Assembly (NCBI GenBank): GCA_027925325.1
Contig: AP027133.1
Span: forward strand, 540,001 to 572,000
From: Candidatus Saccharimonadota bacterium
GTDB lineage: Bacteria; Bacillota_I; Bacilli_A; Mycoplasmatales; Hepatoplasmataceae
Reading direction: 5' to 3'
Length of the DNA: 32,000 bases
The notes below the pieces were generated by a model. That model made no database searches. It was not told where the DNA came from and worked only from the letters and a program-made list of their open reading frames with translations. Both the position numbers and the translations under genes were made by a program. Shown here piece by piece: positions 1 to 8,893 of the stretch (the stretch's first letter is position 1; each line of letters starts with the position of its first letter).

Positions 1-1
1 T

Positions 2-658
2 GAAGCAAAAAAATATTTAGATGAAGAAATAAAAGAATTTATCGATAAACTAATTGAACTAGAAAATAGTTTTAAAAAAATTAAAGAATTTATAATTTCT
101 AAAAAATATAGCTTTACGCAAGAAAATAAAAAAAGTGAAATTTACAAAAATCTTAATTTAAATCAAATTACAAAAGAATATATTGATCAGATTTTTAATA
201 ATGAATGAAACCACTATCATAATTATGAAAAATGAATCGATGTATTTAACGATATTTTAAAAAATATCAAAATCTATTTAAATCAAAAAAAGCAAAATAA
301 ATTAAAATTAATATCACTACAAGAAAAAATAAATGCAAAAATTAATCAATTTAATGATAATCTTAAAAATCAAAAATTAAAGATTGAAAATAATGATGAA
401 AAAAATATTATTTTATTTTTACAAAATAAAAATAATTTAATTAAGCAAGAAATATATAATATTGAAGAAGAATATAGAAATTTAGATTACGATAATCTAG
501 AGAAATATATCGTAGATTATAAAGAAAAAATAAATCAAATATCTCAAAATACAAATGTATATCTAATTAATAAATACTATATGTGAGATCGAAAATTTGA
601 TTATGAGCGAGATAATTCAAACTATACTAGCTATTTTGTTGATTGCTTATTTAGTTAA
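2..658 (+). CDS. 3' part of a Lys/Asn/Glu-rich, coiled-coil-like hypothetical protein (5' end lies outside the window)
   Basis: Frame 2 is open from the window edge to TAA at 656-658. It has three in-frame TGA codons (NNEWNH, EKWID, YMWDR) and no TAA/TAG. The composition is heptad-like and K/E/N/I-rich. No recognisable catalytic motif. Confidence 0.6.
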
Positions 659-698
659 AATTATTTATTTATAAAAAAGAATTAAAAGGAGTTAATTA

Positions 699-992
699 AT
701 GGAAAAAGAAAATTTTTCTTGGGATGAAAAAAGAAAGATCTGAGAAAAACAATACGGCAATAGATTAACAGGGTATGATATTTTTGGTCGATTTGTTGGA
801 AGATGCGGTCTTGAGGTTTATCATATTCTTCCTAAATCAAGGGGTGGAAAAACAGTAATTGAAAATGCAATAATTTTGAGTCCAGCTTCGAATCGAGAAA
901 AAGGAGAAAAATTACACGGAATTATAAATAAAAAATATTTTCAAGTATTAAATATCGGAAACGGAATTGGTAAGATAATTATCAATCAATAA
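699..992 (+). CDS. mini HNH-like protein, paralogue 1 (97 aa; His kept, preceding Asp replaced by Tyr)
   Basis: ATG at 699 lies 7 nt after AAGGAG (686-691). Translation: MEKENFSWDEKRKIWEKQYGNRLTGYDIFGRFVGRCGLEVYHILPKSRGGKTVIENAIILSPASNREKGEKLHG... This matches the HNH pattern [DE]V(D)HI.P.S.GG....N...L....N..K. One internal TGA=Trp. Stop TAA at 990-992. Confidence 0.75.
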
Positions 993-1016
993 ATTTATTA
1001 TTAAGGAGTTAAATAA

Positions 1017-1343
1017 ATGGAAAGTAATATTGAAAGTGATATTTTTTCTAAAGCAGGAAAGAAAGCAATTTGAAAAAAACAATTTGGAACACATTTTACA
1101 GGATATGATTCTTTTGGCAGATTTGTTAGTCAATGCTGTTCTGATACAAAATGTTGCTCAAGTGTTTCTTTAGTTCTTCCAAAAACTTATGGAGGAAAAG
1201 AAATTTTTGAAAATGCAATGATTTTGCATCCAAAATCATTAGAAGAAAAAAGTGATAAATTGCACGGAATTATAAATAAAAAATATTTCCGAATTATAAA
1301 TAATCAAGATGGAACAGGCAGATTAATTGTTAATAATAAATAA
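1017..1343 (+). CDS. mini HNH-like protein, paralogue 2 (108 aa; catalytic His and Asn positions lost, probably inactive)
   Basis: It has the same RBS context as paralogue 1 (TTAAGGAGTTAAATAAATG). The N-terminus (AIWKKQFGTHFTGYDSFGRFV) and C-terminus (KLHGIINKKYFRIINN) are homologous to paralogue 1. The core reads SLVLPKTYGGKEIFENAMILHPKSLEEKSD, with V-L where D/Y-H is expected (1173-1178). Stop TAA at 1341-1343. Confidence 0.7.
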
Positions 1344-1360
1344 ATTAATTTTGATGAAAT

Positions 1361-1392
1361 AAAAAGCACGTTAATAAAGAACGTGCTTTTTC
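1361..1392 (+). terminator. rho-independent terminator after the tandem HNH pair
   Basis: Stem AGCACGT (1365-1371) pairs with ACGTGCT (1381-1387). The loop is 9 nt and a T-run follows. Confidence 0.7.
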
Positions 1393-1467
1393 ATTTTATT
1401 ATTGCATTTAAAAATAATATAATAAATTTAAATATTAATAAAAGTAATTTTTAAGAAGGATAATTAA

Positions 1468-2853
1468 ATGAAAAAATACTATGCTATATTTTTGATTCCA
1501 CTAATTGGCGTTATGCCTATTAATAGAAATATTAGTGAAAAAAATATCTCAGCAGAACAAACTGTAATTACTGATTTTTCAGCAGGCGGGCATCATTCTG
1601 GAATAATTGTTGATACAGATAATGATTATTATGCTGACACTCTTTATATGTGAGGTGATAATGAATATGGAGAAATTGGAAATGGTAAGAATTTTGAAAC
1701 TGTTAGTACACCGCAAATAATAGATTATGATTTTAAAGGTAATTTAATCAATCTTGAGCTTGGAGTAATTCATTCTGGCGTTACAGTTGATTCTGATTAT
1801 GATGGATATGCCGATACCCTTTATATGTGAGGTGATAATGATTTTGGTCAAGTTGGAAATGGTACTAGCGGAGATGAAAATATGTCTGTTTCACCAGAAA
1901 AAATTACTCCTGAAGATCAAGACAATTGAAACGGTAATATCGTTGACTTATCATTATCAGCAATGAATACCTCTGTTAGTATCGATACAGATTATGATGG
2001 ATATGCTGATACCTTATATGTATGAGGATCAGATATGGATGGACAGATTGGAAATGAAAGCATTATAAATGTATTATATCCAACTATAATCACACCAAGT
2101 GAAAAAGATAGTTGAGAAGGTAATATAATTGATGTCTCTTTAGATGGTTATAGTAGCGGCGTTACAATTGATTCTGATTATGATGGATATGCTGATACAT
2201 TGTATATGTGAGGAAGAAATAATTATGGACAGATCGGAAATGATAGTTTTGCCAACACATATTTACCAACGATAATTACTCCTAAAAATCAAACTAATTG
2301 AAGTGGAAATATTATTGATTTTGATTTAGGAACAGAACATGCTGGACTAACAATTGATTCTGATTATGATGGATATGCCGATACCTTGTATATGTGAGGT
2401 GATAATTATTATGGACAATCAGGAAATGGAACCTTTGGACCTGATTATGAATACTTAACTACTCCGCAATTGATAAATTTTAATTTCAATGGAAATATTA
2501 TTGATATCTCTTTAGGTGGAACACATAGTGCTGTAATTACCGATTCAAATTCAGATAACTATGCTGACACTCTATATGTATGAGGAAATAGTTATTTTGG
2601 ACAAGTAGGGGATGGGACTTCAAGAATTACAAATCAAGAAACTCCGCTTATTATCACTCCTAAAGATCAAGATAATTGAAATGGTAATATCTTAAAATTA
2701 TCACTTGGTTTTAATACAACAGGAGTTGTAATTGATCAAAATAATGATAATTTAGGTGATACATTATATATGTGAGGACAAAATTCATTCTATGAATGTG
2801 GAAATCCCAATTTAGAAGTATATTATCCTGAAATCACAATAAATTTTTTATAA
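1468..2853 (+). CDS. secreted or membrane-anchored RCC1-like (regulator of chromosome condensation repeat) seven-bladed beta-propeller protein, 461 aa
   Basis: GGA-rich RBS (AAGAAGGA) upstream. The N-terminus is hydrophobic (MKKYYAIFLIPLIGVMPI). Seven repeats of ~60-65 aa each carry D.D.DGYADTLYMWG.N..GQ.GNG, the RCC1 signature W-G-x-N-x-x-G-Q-x-G. Every repeat Trp is encoded by TGA. Stop TAA at 2851-2853. Confidence 0.85.
1586..2790 (+). repeat. seven intragenic tandem coding repeats (period 179-195 nt) of the RCC1-like gene
   Basis: The core GATTCTGATTATGATGGATATGC[CT]GATAC..T.TATATGTGAGG recurs near 1607, 1786, 1981, 2167, 2353, 2539 and 2731. Copies 2, 4 and 5 are nearly identical at the DNA level. 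Confidence 0.85.
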
Positions 2854-2891
2854 TAAAATAAAGATAAGAAAAAATAAAAAAAGAGAAAATT

Positions 2892-3245
2892 ATGGAAAAA
2901 ATAATTAAAGAAGAAGATCTAATTTTGGAATTTAATGAAATTTGTTCTACAGAAAAAAATATTAAAGATTTAAAAAATATTCTACTTTTTAAACAAAAAT
3001 TCCCATTAAAAAAAGAATGATATGAAAGTATAAATTTAAATTTTGTGCGCAATTTTATTAAAAATTATGGAGTTGAAACAGAATATGAATCAAGGAAGTG
3101 ATTTTTTGAATATTTTAATAATCCATTTTCAAGAAATCCTTATATAACATTTACGTTTAACCCAGAGCAAAGAAAAATATTAATAAATACTTTGAATAAA
3201 TTACAAAAATCTTTAGAAAATAAAGAAGAAAATGAATTAAAATAA
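2892..3245 (+). CDS. hypothetical protein, 117 aa
   Basis: ATG at 2892 follows AGAGAAAA. The frame is open with two TGA=Trp codons and stops at TAA 3243-3245. A strong bidirectional terminator follows. No recognisable motif. Confidence 0.55.
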
Positions 3246-3272
3246 TAAATATAAATTTTAATATATTGTTTG

Positions 3273-3305
3273 AAAAAAAAGAATCCTAATTTAGGATTCT
3301 TTTTC
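3273..3305. terminator. bidirectional rho-independent terminator between convergent genes
   Basis: Stem GAATCCTA (3281-3288) pairs with TAGGATTC (3292-3299). An A8 run lies on one side and a T-run on the other. Confidence 0.8.
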
Positions 3306-3320
3306 TATTGTTAATTTTAA

Positions 3321-3611
3321 TTATTTAACATTTATTTTAATTTTTCCATTCCTTTTATTTTTGATTTTAAATTTTTTTCCATTAACATAACCAGATAAAT
3401 TATCTGCTTTTTCTCAATTTGATAATGGATGCAATGGTTGAGCATTTTTTATTATTGTTTTTCCGCCTTTAGATTTAGGAAAAATATGATCAACTTCAAA
3501 ATTATCTTCAGTAATATTTCTTCCAAATAAATCAATTCCAGAATTAGAATTTCCATAATTTTCTTTTCAAATTGTATTTCTTTGACTTTTTTTAAAGTTA
3601 CGATTTGGCAT
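3321..3611 (-). CDS. mini HNH endonuclease, paralogue 3 (96 aa, canonical D-H...N...N motif intact)
   Basis: Reverse-strand translation: MPNRNFKKSQRNTIWKENYGNSNSGIDLFGRNITEDNFEVDHIFPKSKGGKTIIKNAQPLHPLSNWEKADNLSGYVNGKKFKIKNKRNGKIKINVK. The D-H pair lies at 3486-3491. RBS GGGGTG/AAAGGGG is just upstream (3614-3622). Length is 291 nt = 97 codons including TAA. Confidence 0.8.
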
Positions 3612-3708
3612 ATAATCACCCCTTTATTTTAATTCTAAATTATTGATATAAATAATTTAAAATTTATTATAAATTAAATATATAAAAAGTATAAATAAAG
3701 AGATTATA

Positions 3709-5370
3709 ATGAAAGATTTTACTATTAGTAAAGGTTTTTCAATAGATTTGATTGCAAAAGATGATGATTATAAATTAATAAATTTAGGCAAAGAATTTAT
3801 TGAAAAATTAGAAGATGAATACAAAAAATATAAAGATAATTTAAAAAAAGAAATAAAAAAATTTGAAAAATATGCTCAAGATGAAAATGTATATTTCTCA
3901 CAAGAAAAATTATTAAAGAAATCACCATTAACAATTTTAAATGCACCTTGAGGAAGTGGGAAGACATACTTTATTGAATCATTTGCAAAGCATTTTATTG
4001 ATAAGGAAATAAAATTAAAAACCTTTAAAAAAATAATTATATTAGATGTTTGAAAATATTCAAATTCAAAAAAAATTCCAGATGAAATAATTTCAGAATT
4101 ATTTTCCATATTGATTAATAAAACTAGAAAAGAAAAATTAAAAGAAAATTTAAAAAAATTTTCAATTAATTTTTTTATAAATCCTTTTTTAGTATCATGG
4201 GCAAATTATTTTTTAAAAGCTAAAATTAAAGAAATTCAAATAAGCAAAAATGAATTAAACAAACTTGTAAACGATATTTCAAATGATATTGATCATACTT
4301 TAATAATATTTGACAATATTGAAAGAATAGGAAAATATTCTTGAGAAGTGATAAAAGCAATATTCAAAATTTCTCAAATTGACAAATTATGTTTTATTTT
4401 GCCAATGAATATTAATAAATTAAATGATAATGATAAATATATTGAATATCCAATTGAAAAATATATTGATTTGCCAATATTTAATTTCAAGCAAGATTAT
4501 CTATCTTTTTTAAGAAACAAAAATTTAAATGAAGATGAGGCAATTTTAATAAACAAAATATTAAATACTGAAAGAAATGGAGAAAAATTATCAATTAGAA
4601 AAGTAGAACAAAGATTTAGAAGTTTAAATATTTTAAATATAAATGATAAATATGAAAAAATAAAATTTATTTTAAAAAATATTTGACCTGTATATAATGA
4701 AGGAGATGATTATTTTAAAAAAGAAATTTTAGAATATCACTGTTTTTTTAAGGAAAAAAATTATATTTTTGAGGATTTTAAAAATATCATTTTTTCAAAT
4801 GAAGATTTGAAACAAAATAAATTTTTTAAATCAAAATATGAATCTATTAATAAATATTTAGATGATTTAATATTAAATTTAAGATCAGAGAAAATTGATT
4901 TAAAAAAAGACTGATTAGATATTTTTTCTAAAATTTATTCAGAAATAAATGGTATTTGAAAAAAGAATACCTTAACTAAAAATAATTTGGATAAAGAAAT
5001 AAAAGAGAAATTAAAAAAATTAGATATTATTGAAAAACGAGAAAATGAATTAAATTTAAATGACAATGAAAAAATTTTAAAAAATGGAGAAAAAATAAAT
5101 AATATAATTAAAATTAATTTTAATTTGCAGGAATTAAATAATATGATAAATTCATTACCCATTTATAGAAATAAATGATATTTGAGTGAAATAGAACGTT
5201 TAAAAGAATTAAAAAATGATTTTAAAAAATTAGAAAATAAAAATTCAAGTTATACAAATTTAGATATTATTAAAAGTTGGAATTTATTAAATTTTGATAA
5301 TATGTATGAAGATGAAAAAATCGTTAGATTAATAACAAAAAATATGATAGATAATTGAAATAAACAATAA
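3709..5370 (+). CDS. KAP-family P-loop NTPase, 553 aa
   Basis: Four ORF-track fragments (3709, 4111, 4348, 4987) share one frame and are joined by TGA=Trp. Walker A is LNAPWGSGKTYF (GSGKT at 3952-3966; the Trp TGA at 3949-3951 splits the P-loop in the standard-code track). A hydrophobic insert (FSINFFINPFLVSWANYFL) lies between the Walker motifs. Walker B is LIIFDNIER (4300-4326), the KAP-type hhhhDDLDR. The C-terminal half is long and K/N/E-rich. Stop TAA at 5368-5370. Confidence 0.8.
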
Positions 5371-5394
5371 TTATTAAAAAATTTTATTAATAAA

Positions 5395-6495
5395 TTATAA
5401 ATTAAATCTAAAATGAACAATATCTCCATCTTTAATTTGATAATCTTTTCCTTCAATTCTTATTAAACCTTTTTCCTTTAAGATATCTTCTTTTTGATAT
5501 TTGATAAGATCTGTATAGGAAAAAACTTCTGCTTTAATAAATCCCTTTTCAAAATCACTATGAATAATTCCTGCTGCTTTTTTTGCATTTATTCCTAATT
5601 TAAATTTTCATAGATGAATCTCTTCTTTTCCACAGGTAAAGAAAGTTCCCAACTTAAGTAATTTAAAAATCTTATTTAAAATAAGATTAATTCCTCTTTC
5701 TTTTAAATTATATTCATTTAAAAATTGTTCTTTTTCTTGATAAGAAGAAATTTTATTAATTTCATTTTCAATTCTTGCTGAAATTAAAATTGAATCTAAA
5801 TTATTTTTATTTATATAAGCAAGATATTTTTGATAATTTAAATCTTTATTTGGATTTATTAAATTATCTTCACTAATATTTGCAAGATAGATAATTGGCT
5901 TTAAAGTTAAAAAATTAAATTGCTTTAAAAAATCTTTTTCTTCTTCTTTAAATTTAAGATCTCTTAGATTTATTTCATCTTCTAATGATTTTTTAATTCT
6001 TAAAATTAAAGTTAGTTCATCTAATCTTTTCTTTTCTGCTTCAATTTTCTTTTTATTTTTTGTTAATCATTTTTCAATCTGTTCAAGATCAGAAATTATC
6101 AATTCTAAATTAATTGTATTTATATCCTCAATTGGATCTATTTTATTATTTACATGAATAATATCTTTTTCGTTAAACAATCTTACTATTTGTAAAATAA
6201 GATCAACCTCTCTGATATTTGCAAGAAATTTATTTCCTAAACCTTCACCTTTACTTGCATTTTTTACAAGTCCAGCGATATCATAAAAAGATACTTGTGT
6301 AAAAACGATCTTTTTCGAATCATAAATATCTTTTAATTTATAAGCTCTATTATCTTCTACATCAATTACTTTAATATTAGGATTAATTGTTGCAAAGGGA
6401 TAATTAGCTGCTTCGATATTTGAATCTGTAATTGCATTAAAAAATGTTGATTTTCCAACATTAGGTAATCCCACTATTCCAATTTTAATAGCCAT
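5395..6495 (-). CDS. ychF: ribosome-binding ATPase YchF (Obg-family GTPase/ATPase), 366 aa
   Basis: N-terminus MAIKIGIVGLPNVGKSTFFNA (G1 motif), then DIAGLVKNASKGEGLGNKFL (G3 region). C-terminus ...EGKDYQIKDGDIVHFRFNL. The frame was checked codon by codon from 5395 to 6495 and contains only TGA, no TAA/TAG. Confidence 0.95.
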
Positions 6496-6645
6496 ATTTT
6501 ATCATTATTTACTTTCTTATTTAATACCTTTGATTACCTTTTAAAATATTTCTAATATATTCAGAATGAATAAGCATTAATATTTTCATTATGATTCTTA
6601 TATTTATTTGATAAGAAAAAATAATTTAATTCCTTTAATCATATT

Positions 6646-8883
6646 CTATATTTTTTTATCTTTTAACTTTTTCTTAATCAAAAAATAACAAATTAAAATT
6701 ATGAAAACAATAAATAAAAAGAATGCTAATGATATTAAAATTATTGCTCAAATCGGAAATAAATTAAGATCATCAGGATAAATTGATTCTAATAAAAAGA
6801 TAATATCATTGTCATTAGAATATTTAATAAATTGATCATTTAATTTTGCAACTGAATCAGGATCGACAGATTGTGGTGAAAAATTTATACTTAAAAAATA
6901 AATCCCACAATATACTTCAAATATTAAATAATAATTATTAAAATCATCAGTAATTTCTGTATCAAAAGTAATTTCATTTTCTTCAATTTGATTTTGATTA
7001 GAAGATAAAGTATAATCAATCTCTTCTATTTCTAATTTAAGATTATCTTTATTATATAAAGATATATCAATAAATCTAGTTAGTTGATATGGATCATAAA
7101 TTTGATAACTTATAGTCAATATATTATTATCAACAGAACTATTTACATCATAAAGTTCCGGAAAGAATTCTCTAAAATCAAGATATTGTGGCTCCCATAT
7201 TTTTTCATCGTCTGAAACTTGAAAGTATAAATTATTTTGATACATTAAATCAAGATTTATATCAATTAAAAAAGAAGTATGACGAGGATAAGCTTGATCG
7301 GTTCATATTATTTCATTACTTGTACCATCTATTAAATTTATTGTATATTCAAAATAATCTTCATCTCGATAATCAATAAATCCTTTTTTTAGATAAAATC
7401 TTACTGAAGTTGTATCATCATTGCTATTTAATTGATAAAGATTACCACCACCGCAAACCATCGTCGGTTTTTCAGGCAAAATTAAACTATAATCTTGTTC
7501 AGATTCAACTTTTCCATAATATCAAATATCTAATAAATCTTCATCACCGGCATTATTTTGATTAATTTGATAAATCATTTCTGTATCATTTGAATATTTC
7601 TTAAGAAAAATAAAATTGACATAGATTGATGGATCAATTAACTCATTTTGATAAAATCCTGAATAATCTAAATTAAGAAAAGTATAAAACGCATCATTCA
7701 CAAATAATAAGCCAACTTCTATTTTCTCCTTCTCATTAATAGCATTCATAATATCAAAATTTAAATTAAATAAATAAATATTTTCCCCATGTATTGTTAC
7801 ACTATTATTAATTGCTGGTAAAATGCTATATGAAGTATAACTTTCAGAATTATTAATATTATCATAGACATTTATGTCATTAAAAATTATTGAGTGAAAA
7901 TAAATATTGGTTCTTAATTGAAAATCAAGATCATAATCATTTATTAAACAACCAATAAATGGATTATAAAATATTCCATAAAAATGATCAGAAGGATTTT
8001 CTAATAAAAAATGATCTTGATTTGAATTCTTAATATTAAATTCATTATTTGCGAAAGTAATATTATTTATATATATTGTGTCAAAAATATTTTCAGGATG
8101 AGCTTCTCAATTACCATGTCATCAATCATCTCCTTGTGTTTGCAATTTTGCAGATCCAATAAGCGAAATAACAGGAGTTACATTTTGATCATATAGATTA
8201 ATTTGATTATCAATAAAATTTATATGATCAAAATATGAAGCAATTCAAATAGAGCCATCAAAATTATTCATTATCAATCCAATTGTTGCAATATTAACCG
8301 TTCAATCATTTAATTTATAAGAAAAACTATCAGAAATATTAGAACTATAAATATTAAAAATTAAATTTTGGTAGGTTGTATTAAAAATATTTACATTATA
8401 AAGAAAAACATGATTTATATTTCCAAAAGGAAACATAAAATTATCAAAATTTAAATCGGCGATTGTAACATCATAAATTTCTTGAAAAAATGAATAATAC
8501 TTTATTCCGTCATGCTCTTCAGTAACATCAAAAGTTGTAGTATCAAAAACTGCTGTTGCATCACGATTATAGAGAGTATATCCATTTCCATCAATAAACA
8601 TATGCTCTAATGATAATCCTGTAATATCATCATTTTCTGAATCTGAAAAGTCAACATTAGATTGTAATTCATAAACGCCATCTTGAGGAACGTTTCTTAA
8701 ATCATCAATAAATTCTTGCGAACTTATCGAATTTTCTTCATATTTTGCGAATTGTTCATCTTCCTCAATTTTAATATTTTCCTCAATATTAATATTTAAA
8801 TCATTATTATTAAACTGACTAAAAAAAAATCCAGTAAATAATGATAAAAATAAACTAAAAACAATTATAATTTTAAATTTCAT
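6646..8883 (-). CDS. surface protein, 745 aa: N-terminal signal peptide, probable beta-helix-like repeat region, C-terminal TM anchor
   Basis: Three ORF-track fragments (6748-7245, 7522-7749, 8302-8883) are in one frame. All gaps were checked and contain only TGA. N-terminus MKFKIIIVFSLFLSLFTGFFFS. It carries an FIDGNGYTLYN motif and many N/I/F-rich ~20-25-aa turns, typical of right-handed beta-helix adhesin-like proteins. The C-terminus WAIILISLAFFLFIVFIILICYFLIKKKLKDKKI is a TM helix plus basic tail. Stop TAG at 6646-6648. Confidence 0.8.
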
Positions 8884-8893
8884 TGCATATAAA

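Noticed and set aside
1586-2790. Regularly spaced ~50-nt repeats that could superficially resemble a CRISPR array
   Set aside because: The period (~186 nt) and full in-frame coding of RCC1 blades show they are protein repeats. There are no short unique spacers and no cas genes.
5250-5456. Minus-strand ORF 5250..5456 (68 aa), also 4935..5162 (-), 3876..4109 (-), 2834..3052 (-), 948..1133 (-), 14011..14193 (-), 16914..17198 (-), 18586..18804 (+), 19416..19622 (+), 23053..23241 (-), 7188..7379 (+) and 30337..30576 (-)
   Set aside because: All are out-of-frame or antisense overlaps with longer, motif-supported genes once table 4 is applied. They are low-complexity AT-rich frames.
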